The notes under the pieces were generated by a model. It made no database searches. It was not told where the DNA came from and worked only from the letters and a program-made list of their open reading frames with translations. This document shows, in pieces, positions 28,310 through 38,451 of a stretch of DNA of 64,000 bases (positions are counted from its first letter, which is position 1; each line of letters opens with the position of its first letter). The translations under genes and the position numbers were made by a program. This stretch comes from Candidatus Cloacimonadota bacterium (GTDB lineage: Bacteria > Cloacimonadota > Cloacimonadia > G963667145), in NCBI GenBank assembly GCA_963667255.1, contig OY762940.1, forward strand, positions 1,344,001-1,408,000. The letters run 5' to 3'.

Positions 28310-29539
28310 TTATTTTTGATGCACATCAACCTGAGGATAGGGAATCTCAATTTTGTTCTCTTTGAGTGCCTGCCAAATATCCAAAAGAACTTGCTCTTTG
28401 GCCTGATGAATCTCTCCAGAAATATCTTGCACCCAAAAGAAAACCGTAAAATCAACGGAACTGTCACCAAATTGAGATAAATAGGCTTTGGGGCTCGGAT
28501 TTTTCGAGATGAAGCTATTTTTATCAAGAACAGCCTGCAAAATTTTTCTCACCTCTATTGGTTCAGAATTGTAACTAACTCCTATTTTTGCCTTGAAACG
28601 AATTTGTCTATCAGAAAGCGTCAGATTAACAACTTTATCGCTTATAAATTTCTCGTTGGGAATCAAAATCTCTTTGCCGTCAAAACTCTTAACAATCGTA
28701 TTTCGCACACCAATACTGGTAATTGTCCCTGAAATATCCTCAATCTCAACAACAGAACCTTTTTGAATAGTTTTGTCCATAAGCAAAATAAACCCGCTGA
28801 CAAAATTTGCAAGAATACTTTTCAAACCAAAACCGACACCAATACCGATAGCTCCGGTAAGGAACGCAAATCGCGTCAAATCAAGTCCGAGGATATTCAA
28901 AGCGACCAGTGCAAAAACCAAAATTATGCATATGTTGCTGACTTTTACCAAAAGTTCTTTGGAGTTTGGAGGCAAATTCCATTGCTGATGAATAAATCTC
29001 TCTACCCGACGATTAATCTGAAAAAACAACCAAATTAAAAAACAGAACAGTCCAAGACTTTTAAAAAAATCGTAGAGGCTGATAGAAAATTTGCCAAGCT
29101 GAAAAGTGAGCAATTTTTGGTCAACATCCAAGATGGAAAGAACAGTTAAGCTAATGATAGAAAAAGAGATAATTGTGAAAAAGATATTATTGTTAGGAAA
29201 AATCTTAATCGCCCTGATTACCAACCACAATAAACACAATTTAAAGCAAATTAGCAAAATATAAGAATGGGAAAAAAATCTTTCGTTAATCAAATATACA
29301 ATAGCCAAACCCAAAACAGTGAATAACGGGAAAAGAACAATGTTGAATATGTTCAAAAATTTTTCATGTCTTTTTGCAACTTTACTCTTTTTAAAAGTTT
29401 TTAAAAAGAGTTTCACCAAAACAAAACTGAAAACAAGGACACATAAAAAAGCAAAAATTTGATAAAAATTGTTGTAATCAGATAAAACCCCTTGTGCTCT
29501 ACGCAAAAGCAAATCGAAAAACATTCCTAATTTTTGCAC
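28310..29539 (-). CDS. Small-conductance mechanosensitive channel family
   Basis: GIGVGFGLKSILANFVSG, LIPNEKFI, FGDSSVDF and IEIPYPQ. Confidence 0.9.
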   Translation of the reverse strand: MQKLGMFFDLLLRRAQGVLSDYNNFYQIFAFLCVLVFSFVLVKLFLKTFKKSKVAKRHEKFLNIFNIVLFPLFTVLGLAIVYLINERFFSHSYILLICFKLCLLWLVIRAIKIFPNNNIFFTIISFSIISLTVLSILDVDQKLLTFQLGKFSISLYDFFKSLGLFCFLIWLFFQINRRVERFIHQQWNLPPNSKELLVKVSNICIILVFALVALNILGLDLTRFAFLTGAIGIGVGFGLKSILANFVSGFILLMDKTIQKGSVVEIEDISGTITSIGVRNTIVKSFDGKEILIPNEKFISDKVVNLTLSDRQIRFKAKIGVSYNSEPIEVRKILQAVLDKNSFISKNPSPKAYLSQFGDSSVDFTVFFWVQDISGEIHQAKEQVLLDIWQALKENKIEIPYPQVDVHQK

Positions 29540-29550
29540 TTTTTCTCCTG

Positions 29551-30081
29551 TTATGCTCTATATTTTTTCTTGTAGCACTCGATAAAATGACGATGTGAAG
29601 AGAAAGGAATAAAACTAAAATCGGAATCTAAGGATACAAATTTGATACCAACAGCATCATCTCCGGCTGTAGGCACACCAGTCCAATCTTTCATCACAAA
29701 ACCAAATGAGATAACCCTATGATAAATCGGCGAACTATCTACAAAATAGCCCAAATATTCCCCAACTTCTCCACTCAATCCTGTCTCTTCCAACATCTCT
29801 TCCACAGCAGTTTCCGCAGGTGTTTGATTTATCTCGACATATCCAGAAGGAAGAGCCCATTTGCCAACAGAAGGTTCAAATTTTCTTTTGATAATACAGA
29901 TTTCGCTTTTATCATTAAAAATCAAACACGCAGAAGCAGGGACAGGGTTCAAATATCTAATCCAGCCACAATTAGGACAAATGGGTCTTATTTTATCTTC
30001 CCTATCTATCTTAATCTCGAGCTTAGTCCCACAATGCAAACAATATTTGTCTTCGTTATACAAACTTGCTTCAATCTTCAT
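29551..30081 (-). CDS. Nudix hydrolase with N-terminal zinc ribbon
   Basis: YCLHCG...CPNCG, YLNP and WALPSG...EETGL. Confidence 0.85.
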   Translation of the reverse strand: MKIEASLYNEDKYCLHCGTKLEIKIDREDKIRPICPNCGWIRYLNPVPASACLIFNDKSEICIIKRKFEPSVGKWALPSGYVEINQTPAETAVEEMLEETGLSGEVGEYLGYFVDSSPIYHRVISFGFVMKDWTGVPTAGDDAVGIKFVSLDSDFSFIPFSSHRHFIECYKKKYRA

Positions 30082-30106
30082 ACCTTTCTCCGTAACTATT
30101 CAAATC

Positions 30107-31678
30107 TTAATTAATTATACCCATCCCGTTAGCAATTTCTCCCAGAACAGTTCTCTTTTGAGAAAAAATTCGGCACACTCTTTCCACTTTACGAAAATCA
30201 ACTTTCCCACTTCCCAAAAGTGGAATCCTTTTGAAAACAAAAACAGTTTTCGGCACGGAAATATCGTTAAGGTTGGACTTTACCCACTTCTTCATTTTGA
30301 TGGTATCGATTTTTTGCGTAACAGCCAATACAATGTCAGCACCTTTCTTCTCGTTAGGGATGTCCACGGCACAATACAAAATCTCTTCGCCTTTAAAAAA
30401 CTCCTCCAAAACATCCTCAAGAGCCACCAAACTTACCATCTCTCCGCCAATTTTGACAAATCGTCTTAGTCTCCCTTTGAGCCATAAAAATCCGTCTTCG
30501 TCAAAATATCCCATATCTCCCGTGTCATACCATCCATAACGAAAATGCAAATCCGTAGCTTCCACATCGTTGTAATAGCCCTTCATCACATTTTCGCCTT
30601 TGACCAAAATCTTTCCTGTTTTGCCAATATTCAGCTCTTCGCCAGAAAAATTATCAATAATTTTTATTTGAACTCCCGGGAATGGCTTACCCACACTGCC
30701 AAGCCTATAATCTTCAAACCTGTTATTAGTGAGAATCGGGCTGGTCTCAGTAGCTCCATATCCCTCTATCAAAAGGAGATTGTGTTCATCCAAATATTTT
30801 TTATGCAACTCTTTGGGCAAGCGGTCTGCTCCGCTTATAGCGACTCGCACAGACTTAAATGTATCGAAACTACATTTTCGCAAATACGCCGAATAAAAAG
30901 TGGGCGTTCCCAGCATAAAAGTGATTTTATGCTCCTTGATGGAGTTACAAATAATCTTATAATCCAAAGGATTGCTATGAGTTACAATCGTGGAGCCAAG
31001 ATAAAGCGGAATGCAAAAATTGCCCTGAAAACCAAAAACATGAAACAGAGGCAATGTCCCCAAAAACCTATCTTTGCTCGTCAAATCGTAGCATTTTACC
31101 GTGTTCAAAATTTGACCTTCAACATTTTTGTTGGTAATGGGCACAGCCTTAGGGGCATTTTCACTTCCCGATGTAAACAGCAAAATAATGTTATCTTCGT
31201 TTTCGTCAGCACTATACAATAGGGACTTCAAAATAACATACGGAAGTTTGGACAGAAAAACAGCTTTGAGTTTTGCGAAGAGAGAAAAATTTTTGAAAAT
31301 TGTTTCCAACAACTCCATATCTTCGCTCTTTTTTACGCCCAATTTTGTGAGTAAAGCCTGTGCGGTAATTATTTTTTTTATGTCACAGCGAACCTTGGCA
31401 TGGTCGCAATTTTTTTTCACGCCTGCCGTATAATTAATCATCACGGGAGTCTTGCCACAAGCCAATAATGCTAACATAGAGAGTATCGCTCCCGAAGAAG
31501 TGGGAACTAAAACACCAACATTTTTACCGGAATATTCCTTGAACTTTCCCCTCAGAAGTAACATAGCTACCAACGCTTTATTGTAGGAAATCTTACTTCC
31601 GGAAACACCATCAATAAAAACTGGCTTCTTCCCCAATCCCTTGGCATTTTTTACAAAATTTAACAAAACATTCATCAA
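30107..31678 (-). CDS. Adenylate-forming enzyme, Aas acyl-ACP synthetase-domain-like (paralogue 4)
   Basis: LFTSGSENAPKAV, LPLFHVFG, EGYGATE, WYDTGD, FVKIGGEMVSL and GSGKVDF. Confidence 0.85.
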   Translation of the reverse strand: MMNVLLNFVKNAKGLGKKPVFIDGVSGSKISYNKALVAMLLLRGKFKEYSGKNVGVLVPTSSGAILSMLALLACGKTPVMINYTAGVKKNCDHAKVRCDIKKIITAQALLTKLGVKKSEDMELLETIFKNFSLFAKLKAVFLSKLPYVILKSLLYSADENEDNIILLFTSGSENAPKAVPITNKNVEGQILNTVKCYDLTSKDRFLGTLPLFHVFGFQGNFCIPLYLGSTIVTHSNPLDYKIICNSIKEHKITFMLGTPTFYSAYLRKCSFDTFKSVRVAISGADRLPKELHKKYLDEHNLLLIEGYGATETSPILTNNRFEDYRLGSVGKPFPGVQIKIIDNFSGEELNIGKTGKILVKGENVMKGYYNDVEATDLHFRYGWYDTGDMGYFDEDGFLWLKGRLRRFVKIGGEMVSLVALEDVLEEFFKGEEILYCAVDIPNEKKGADIVLAVTQKIDTIKMKKWVKSNLNDISVPKTVFVFKRIPLLGSGKVDFRKVERVCRIFSQKRTVLGEIANGMGIIN

Positions 31679-33213
31679 CTCTCCTCATCCTGTGCCATTT
31701 GCTCTACCGCTCTAAAATTAATTTTCCCGTTACCCATAATCGGCAACTCCTCAGCTACTTGATATTTCTTTGGAAAATATATTTTAGAAAATCCATCCTC
31801 CGTAAGTTGATTGGCTACATCTATCTTACTAACTTTGTCATTGGTAACCAAAACAAGCTTAGCTCCTTTTTTGTCATCGGGTAAGCCAACCATACAATAT
31901 TGCAAACCTTCGGGGAAAATTTTGCCGAGCGACTCTTCTATCGCGGCAAGGCTGACCATCTCTCCACCTACTTTGACAAAACGGCGTAATCTGCCTCTGT
32001 GCCACAAATACCCATCTTCATCCAAAATTCCCATATCACCTGTATCATACCAACCATCACAAAAACGAAGCGAACTCTCTTCCTCATCGTTGTAATAACT
32101 GCTAATCACATTTTCGCCACGCACAAGAATTTTCCCCTCTTTCCCGTTAGGCAAAATCTCTCTGGTGCGGTCATCTACTATCTTCACCTCAACTCCCGGC
32201 AAAGCTCTGCCTACAGAACCAGGCTTGTCAAACCCTGGGATATTTGTGCTGATAACTGGTGAAGCCTCCGTTACTCCATATCCCTCGAACAACTCCACAC
32301 CAAAACGGTCTTTATACTCATTTTTGGTTTTGTTGCCCAGTTTGTCCGCTCCCGCTATCATCGTCTTGATATTGGCAAAAGTTCGCTCATTGGCATAACG
32401 CAAATAAGCACTGAACATATTGGGAGTTCCCATGGTAAACGAAACCTTGTATTTTTCAAAAATCTCACACAATGTTTTGAACTCCAACGGATTTGGATGT
32501 GTAACCAAAGTCGCTCCATAGTAAACGCCATACCACAACAAAACCGTATAGCCAAACACATGGAACAGCGGCAAATTAGCCATAACCACATCTTCCTTAC
32601 GCATCGGAATATAATAAGGATAAGAGTTAAGCTGACTCAACACATTTTTTTGACTGATGGGCACGCATTTCGGTTCTTTTTCACTCCCCGAAGTGAATAG
32701 CATTACGCAAGTATCTTGAATTCTAAGTTTATTAACCATCGCTTTCAAACAAGAAACAGGAAGTTTGGACTTGGCAAAAGCCAAAGCCTTGTCCAACGAA
32801 GATAGAGAAACAAAAATATCTTCCAAGAACACCATCTGTTTGGTAGGCTCCACATTGAATTTTTCCAAAAGTTTTTTGGAAGTCAAAATAAGCTCAACTC
32901 CACATTTCTCTTTGGCATATTGACAGTTTTTGATAATCCCCGTGGAGTAATTAATCATCACGGAGACTTTACCGGCGGACAAAGCAGCAATAAGAGAGAT
33001 AATCGCTCCACCTGAAGTAGGCACCATCATACCTATCTTCTTTTGCTTATAGCCTTCAAATTTCTTCTTTAGCAAAAGCACGGCTATCAAAGCTCTTCCG
33101 TAAGTAAATTCCTGTCCGCTTACCCCATCGACAAAAGCTACTTTTTTAGGATTTTTCTTCGCAATCTCAACGAATTTTCCTGCCAACAATTTATAATTTT
33201 TCATATCTATCAC
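31675..33213 (-). CDS. Adenylate-forming enzyme, Aas-like (paralogue 3)
   Basis: LFTSGSEKEPKCV, EGYGVTEASP, WYDTGD and GNGKINF. Confidence 0.85.
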   Translation of the reverse strand: MIDMKNYKLLAGKFVEIAKKNPKKVAFVDGVSGQEFTYGRALIAVLLLKKKFEGYKQKKIGMMVPTSGGAIISLIAALSAGKVSVMINYSTGIIKNCQYAKEKCGVELILTSKKLLEKFNVEPTKQMVFLEDIFVSLSSLDKALAFAKSKLPVSCLKAMVNKLRIQDTCVMLFTSGSEKEPKCVPISQKNVLSQLNSYPYYIPMRKEDVVMANLPLFHVFGYTVLLWYGVYYGATLVTHPNPLEFKTLCEIFEKYKVSFTMGTPNMFSAYLRYANERTFANIKTMIAGADKLGNKTKNEYKDRFGVELFEGYGVTEASPVISTNIPGFDKPGSVGRALPGVEVKIVDDRTREILPNGKEGKILVRGENVISSYYNDEEESSLRFCDGWYDTGDMGILDEDGYLWHRGRLRRFVKVGGEMVSLAAIEESLGKIFPEGLQYCMVGLPDDKKGAKLVLVTNDKVSKIDVANQLTEDGFSKIYFPKKYQVAEELPIMGNGKINFRAVEQMAQDEES

Positions 33214-34737
33214 CTATCTCACTTGCTCCATTTCGTCACATATTTTCTGAACTTCTCTAAAATCAACCTTACCGCTACCCATAAGCGGAATCTCTTTTAG
33301 CACTATCTGCTTTTTGGGTATATAAATCGCTGTAAACCCTTTGGAATTTAGATGTGTTCTCAACTTATTCAAATTTGTCCTTTTGGTTACAGCTATAGCC
33401 AAAGCAGACCCCTTTTTTGCAGCCAACAGCTCCACTACACAATACAAAACAGTATCGGGGAAAAAGTCTTGCAACGCATTCTCGACGGCAACCATACTTA
33501 CCATCTCTCCGCCGATTTTGACAAATCTCTTCAATCTGCCACGATGCCACAAAAAACCGTCCTCATCCAAAACTCCCATATCGCCCGTGTCATACCAGCC
33601 ATTGTGCATATGATAACTGGTCTCTTCTACATCCCGATAGTATCCTTGCATAATGTTATCGCCACGAAGCATAATCTTGCCTTCGCTCCCAACCGGCAAC
33701 TTCTCTCCAGAATCTATGCCTACTATCTTCACTTCCACTCCGGGCAACGGCTTCCCCAAACTGCCGGGCTTATGAAACTCCCTGTTATTTGTGGAAACTA
33801 CAGGCGAAGCCTCCGTCACTCCGTATCCTTGCCACACCTCTTTACCAAAACGATTAAGATATTCCAACCGCACATTTTCCGGCAGATTATCCGCTCCGGA
33901 AACCATAACTTTCAAAGAATCAAAAGTGTTGTCATCGGCTTTACTCAAATACGACCTAAAAAATGACGGAGTTGCCACTAAATAAGTAGCCTTATGTTTA
34001 GCGATGGATTTGCATATTTTCTTATATTCCAAAGGATTGGGGTGAGTAACAATCGTGCATCCAAAAGAAATCGGTAGCCAAAACATAGTGGTAAATCCGA
34101 ACACATGAAACAGAGGCAAACAAGAAAGAAAAATCTCATTTTCATCCATCTCCAACACCTGAGGGATGCTCACTAATTGTTGCGAAATATTTTTGTGGGT
34201 CAAAGGGACAGCCTTAGGAGTCTTCTCGCTACCTGAAGTAAACAAAATCACCACAATCTCATCCTCGCTACCTATGTGAATCATTTGCTTTATAAAGGAG
34301 GTGGTAAGTTTGGCAATCACTCCCGCTTTTACCTTGGAAAATAAAGAGATATTTTCAATAAACTCTTCGATAAAAATCATTCCCGGCAAAGGCTCTAACT
34401 CCAGCTTCTCTAAAAGAGCAGAAGAAGTTATTATCAAATCGAAATTACATTTTTTGCGGGCAAATACGGAATTTTTGATAGCTCCGGTCGAATAATTAAT
34501 AATCACGGGAACTTTATCCGCCATCAGAGTAGCAATAATGGCTATCATACAGCCACCAGAAGTCGGTATCATTATCCCAATATTTTTCTCTTCATACAGA
34601 GCAATTTTGTCTTTCAAGATAATACTGGCAATTAAAGCCTTGGTATAGCTGATTCCTTTACCAGTCGTCCCATCAATGAAAGCTACTTTATCCTTTTGTT
34701 TTTTAGCAACTTCAACAAACATTTCTTGCAAAATCAT
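33214..34737 (-). CDS. Adenylate-forming enzyme, Aas-like (paralogue 2)
   Basis: LFTSGSEKTPKAV, QGYGVTEASP, WYDTGD and GSGKVDF. Confidence 0.85.
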   Translation of the reverse strand: MILQEMFVEVAKKQKDKVAFIDGTTGKGISYTKALIASIILKDKIALYEEKNIGIMIPTSGGCMIAIIATLMADKVPVIINYSTGAIKNSVFARKKCNFDLIITSSALLEKLELEPLPGMIFIEEFIENISLFSKVKAGVIAKLTTSFIKQMIHIGSEDEIVVILFTSGSEKTPKAVPLTHKNISQQLVSIPQVLEMDENEIFLSCLPLFHVFGFTTMFWLPISFGCTIVTHPNPLEYKKICKSIAKHKATYLVATPSFFRSYLSKADDNTFDSLKVMVSGADNLPENVRLEYLNRFGKEVWQGYGVTEASPVVSTNNREFHKPGSLGKPLPGVEVKIVGIDSGEKLPVGSEGKIMLRGDNIMQGYYRDVEETSYHMHNGWYDTGDMGVLDEDGFLWHRGRLKRFVKIGGEMVSMVAVENALQDFFPDTVLYCVVELLAAKKGSALAIAVTKRTNLNKLRTHLNSKGFTAIYIPKKQIVLKEIPLMGSGKVDFREVQKICDEMEQVR

Positions 34738-34791
34738 TTAGACAAGCCCCCTCTCCAAAATTTCATTACTAACATAAAGTTGAACCCAATC

Positions 34792-36345
34792 CTAACTCTT
34801 CTCGTTGCACTCATTTTGAACAGACTTGAAATCAACCTTGCCACTGCCCAAGATAGGAATATCATCCAGAATAAAAAGTTTGGACGGCAAACTGATGGAA
34901 CTAATGCCGTTTTTCACCAAAAACTTTTTGATTTCCAAAAGGTTACATTCTTGGTTAACAGCCAATCCTACACAAGAACTGCCGTCTTCCTGCTTAATCT
35001 CCACCGCACAATAAGAAACTTCCGGTGGGAAAAACTTCTGCAAAGCCACCTCAACAACAACCAGACTAACCATTTCACCACCAATTTTCATAAATCTTTT
35101 AGCTCTACCTCTGTGCCAAATATAACCCTCTTCATCAATAATCGCAATATCTCCTGTGTCATACCAGCCGTCTTTTAGGGAACTTCCATCCAATTTTTCA
35201 TCAACAAGGTAACCATTCATCACATTCTCGCCCTTTACCAAAAGCCTACCTTCCTGACCATTGGGGAGCTCATTCTCAGACTCTCTCCCCACAACTTTGA
35301 CCTGCACACCAGGCAATTGCCTGCCGATACTACCAGGCTTGTGATAAGCAGATGTGTTCGTGCTGATAACAGGCGAAGCCTCGGTCACTCCGTATCCTTC
35401 GCAAAGAGTTTTCCCAAATTTATCATAATAAGCCATACGAACGCCCTCAGGCAATTTGTCGGCACCGCAAATCATTATGCGGACAGTATCAAAAGTGTCG
35501 GAATTGGATTTGGGCAAATACGCTTTAAAAAACACAGGTGTTCCCGTCATAAAAGAAATTTTGTATTGGGGCACAGTCTGACATACCAATTTATAATCCA
35601 AGGGGTTAGCCACAGTTACCATCGTAGCACCCAAGGAGATAGGCAACCAAAAATTAGTGGTAAATCCGAAACTGTGAAACAACGGAAGAGAAGACAAAAA
35701 GATATCCTTGTCGGTTAAATCAAGTATCTTGGGAATCGCTACCAACTGAGAAACAATATTATTGTGAGAAAGCGGAACAACTTTCGGTTCGGACTCACTA
35801 CCTGTCGTCAAGAGCATCACCGCCCAATCTTCACCGCCTCTTCTGTGAAACTCAGACAAAATTTTTCTCGAAGATTTTTTGCTTTTCCAAAGAGCTTTGA
35901 TTTTGTCCATAAAAGTAACATTGCCAAGGAAATCCTCAACCATAACCATCTTATCTATCGGCTCAATCTCCAATTTTTCCAAAAGTTTCTCGGAAGTGAT
36001 GACCACATCCAATTTGCACTTTTTAATTGCATACAAACTATTAGCAATCGCACCCGTTGAATAATTAATCAGCACAGGCACTTTGCCCGACAAAAGAACA
36101 GCAATACAGACCAACATTCCACCTGGAGATGTCGGTATCATCACGCCTACCCTCTTCCCCGAGAGCTTTTCTATCTCTTTTGCCAACATCAACACGGCTA
36201 CCAAAGATTTGGAATAACTAAGTTTTTTGCCACTCGTTGTATCAATGAAAGCTGTTTTGCTCCCAAATTTTTTTACAGTTTCTAAATAAATTTCTACCAA
36301 TGAATTATTCAAAATATCTCCCTTTTTGGACACGCCACTATCCAT
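34792..36345 (-). CDS. Adenylate-forming enzyme, Aas-like (paralogue 1)
   Basis: LLTTGSESEPKVV, EGYGVTEASP, WYDTGD and GSGKVDF. Confidence 0.85.
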   Translation of the reverse strand: MDSGVSKKGDILNNSLVEIYLETVKKFGSKTAFIDTTSGKKLSYSKSLVAVLMLAKEIEKLSGKRVGVMIPTSPGGMLVCIAVLLSGKVPVLINYSTGAIANSLYAIKKCKLDVVITSEKLLEKLEIEPIDKMVMVEDFLGNVTFMDKIKALWKSKKSSRKILSEFHRRGGEDWAVMLLTTGSESEPKVVPLSHNNIVSQLVAIPKILDLTDKDIFLSSLPLFHSFGFTTNFWLPISLGATMVTVANPLDYKLVCQTVPQYKISFMTGTPVFFKAYLPKSNSDTFDTVRIMICGADKLPEGVRMAYYDKFGKTLCEGYGVTEASPVISTNTSAYHKPGSIGRQLPGVQVKVVGRESENELPNGQEGRLLVKGENVMNGYLVDEKLDGSSLKDGWYDTGDIAIIDEEGYIWHRGRAKRFMKIGGEMVSLVVVEVALQKFFPPEVSYCAVEIKQEDGSSCVGLAVNQECNLLEIKKFLVKNGISSISLPSKLFILDDIPILGSGKVDFKSVQNECNEKS

Positions 36346-36354
36346 TCCCTAAAA

Positions 36355-38190
36355 TTATTCGACAGTCACACTCTTGGCAAGATTACGAGGTTGATCAATA
36401 TTCAGACCTTTCCCATAAGCCACATAATACGCCAACAATTGCAACGGAATGCTCGCCAATATTGGCATTAGCGACCAAGTAGTTTGCGGTATGTAAAATA
36501 CCCTCTGACAAATCGCTTCCAAATTCGCATCTCTATTAGAAGCAACCGCATATATCTTCCCCTTTCGAGACCTAACCTCTTCCAAATTGGAAATAACCTT
36601 ATGATAGATGATGTCGGAAGGAGCTATAGCCAAAATGGGCATATTTTCGTCAATCAAGGCAATCGGACCGTGCTTCATCTCGGCAGCCGGATAGCCCTCT
36701 GCATGAATATAAGAAATTTCCTTGAGCTTCAGAGCACCTTCCAGAGCCGTAGGGAAGTTAACATCTCTTCCCAAAAATAAAGCGTTCGAAGCACCAACAA
36801 TAAGCCCAGCCACCTCTTTGACCTCATCTTTGCACTTCAACACTTCGTCAATTTTGGCAGGCAAAGACTCCAACTCCAAGATGAATTTCATTATCTGTTC
36901 ACTATCGGCAAACCCTCTGACTTGCCCGAAATGGTGAGCCAAAAGGACCAAAACAGTTACCTGTGATGTAAAAGCTTTGGTGGAAGCGACACCAATCTCC
37001 GGTCCAGCGTGCAGATATGTCCCTCCGTCAGACTCGCGAGCAATCTCACTTCCCACAACATTGGTAATGCTATAAACTCTCGCTCCTCTATTTTTAGCCT
37101 CTCGTATCGCCGCCAAAGTGTCGGCAGTAGAGCCAGATTGGCTGATGGCTATCACTATTGTGTGTCTGGGGATTATCGGATTGCGATAGCGATATTCACT
37201 GGCATACTCCACACTTACGGGTATTTTCGCGATTTTCTCCAACAAATATTTCCCAACTAAACCAGCATGCCACGAAGTGCCACAAGCAACAATTTGAATA
37301 TTCTCAAGGTCTCGTATCTCTTTTGATGTAAGGTTAAAGCCACCCAACCTAACCAAACATTCCGACTTGTTGATTCGCCCTCTGAAAGCGTTCCTAACCG
37401 TTTCCGCCTGTTCACAAATCTCCTTGAGCATAAAATGCTCATATCCATTCTTGGTAATGGAAGAGATGTCCCAATCGACAACATCAATTTTCTTTTCTAT
37501 CGGCTCATCGTCCAAAGTGGTAATCTCAAAATCGTCTTTACTAATGCTAACCATCTGGAAATCGTCCAAATAGATAACATTAGAAGTGTGAATCATAATA
37601 GCACTAACATCGGAAGCAACAAAATTTTCATCGTCTCCCACACCGATTACCAAAGGACTTCCACATCTGGCAGCATACAAAACTTCGGGATTTTCAGTGT
37701 CCAAAACAGCGATACCATAAGTGCCTTCAACTTTCTTCAACGCAATCTGAATCGCTTTTTTGGTGTCGTTTCCCTTATTTTTGAAATAACTAATCAAATT
37801 TGCCAAAACTTCCGTATCAGTCTGCGATTTGAACTCAAACCCTTTCTTACTCAGCTCTTCACGCAAAAATTTGTAATTTTCGATAATTCCGTTGTGAACC
37901 AAGCAAATTTTCCCATCCATACTACGATGAGGATGAGCGTTCTCCAAAGTAGGTTCGCCGTGAGTTGCCCAGCGAGTATGCCCAATTCCCAAATTTGACA
38001 CATTATCTTCTGTGCCCAACTTTTCTTGCAAATTGGCTATTTTGCCGACCGCCTTTGTAACCTTAATATCATTATCATGCCAAAGAGCAACACCAGCACT
38101 ATCATATCCGCGATATTCCAGCTTTTTCAAGCCGCCAATTATTATGGACAAAGCCTGTTTATCGCCAATGTATCCAACTATTCCACACAT
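36355..38190 (-). CDS. glmS: Glutamine-fructose-6-phosphate transaminase
   Basis: MCGIVG, EYRGYDSAG, GHTRWATHG and PRNLAKSVTVE. Confidence 0.97.
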   Translation of the reverse strand: MCGIVGYIGDKQALSIIIGGLKKLEYRGYDSAGVALWHDNDIKVTKAVGKIANLQEKLGTEDNVSNLGIGHTRWATHGEPTLENAHPHRSMDGKICLVHNGIIENYKFLREELSKKGFEFKSQTDTEVLANLISYFKNKGNDTKKAIQIALKKVEGTYGIAVLDTENPEVLYAARCGSPLVIGVGDDENFVASDVSAIMIHTSNVIYLDDFQMVSISKDDFEITTLDDEPIEKKIDVVDWDISSITKNGYEHFMLKEICEQAETVRNAFRGRINKSECLVRLGGFNLTSKEIRDLENIQIVACGTSWHAGLVGKYLLEKIAKIPVSVEYASEYRYRNPIIPRHTIVIAISQSGSTADTLAAIREAKNRGARVYSITNVVGSEIARESDGGTYLHAGPEIGVASTKAFTSQVTVLVLLAHHFGQVRGFADSEQIMKFILELESLPAKIDEVLKCKDEVKEVAGLIVGASNALFLGRDVNFPTALEGALKLKEISYIHAEGYPAAEMKHGPIALIDENMPILAIAPSDIIYHKVISNLEEVRSRKGKIYAVASNRDANLEAICQRVFYIPQTTWSLMPILASIPLQLLAYYVAYGKGLNIDQPRNLAKSVTVE

Positions 38191-38208
38191 ACTACCACCT
38201 AATTTTTT

Positions 38209-38451
38209 TTAACCAGCAACAACTTCTTTAATATCAGGAATGTTCTCTTTCAATATCTTTTCCACACCTTGCTTGAGGGTCAAAGTTGCCATCGGACAAC
38301 CACTACAAGCTCCGGTAAGACGCACCTTTACGACTCCATCATCACAAATCTCTATCAACTTAACATCCCCACCATCAGCTTGAATAGCAGGTCTAATCTT
38401 ATCCAAATTTTTTTCTACGAGTTCTTTACTAATCATTTTTATCTCCTTCAC
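38209..38451 (-). CDS. NifU/NfuA-like Fe-S carrier domain protein
   Basis: IRPAIQADGGDV...LTGACSGCP. Confidence 0.9.
   Translation of the reverse strand: MKEIKMISKELVEKNLDKIRPAIQADGGDVKLIEICDDGVVKVRLTGACSGCPMATLTLKQGVEKILKENIPDIKEVVAG

Noticed and set aside
38191..38208. glmS ribozyme
   Set aside because: Only 18 bp separate nifU from glmS, leaving no room.
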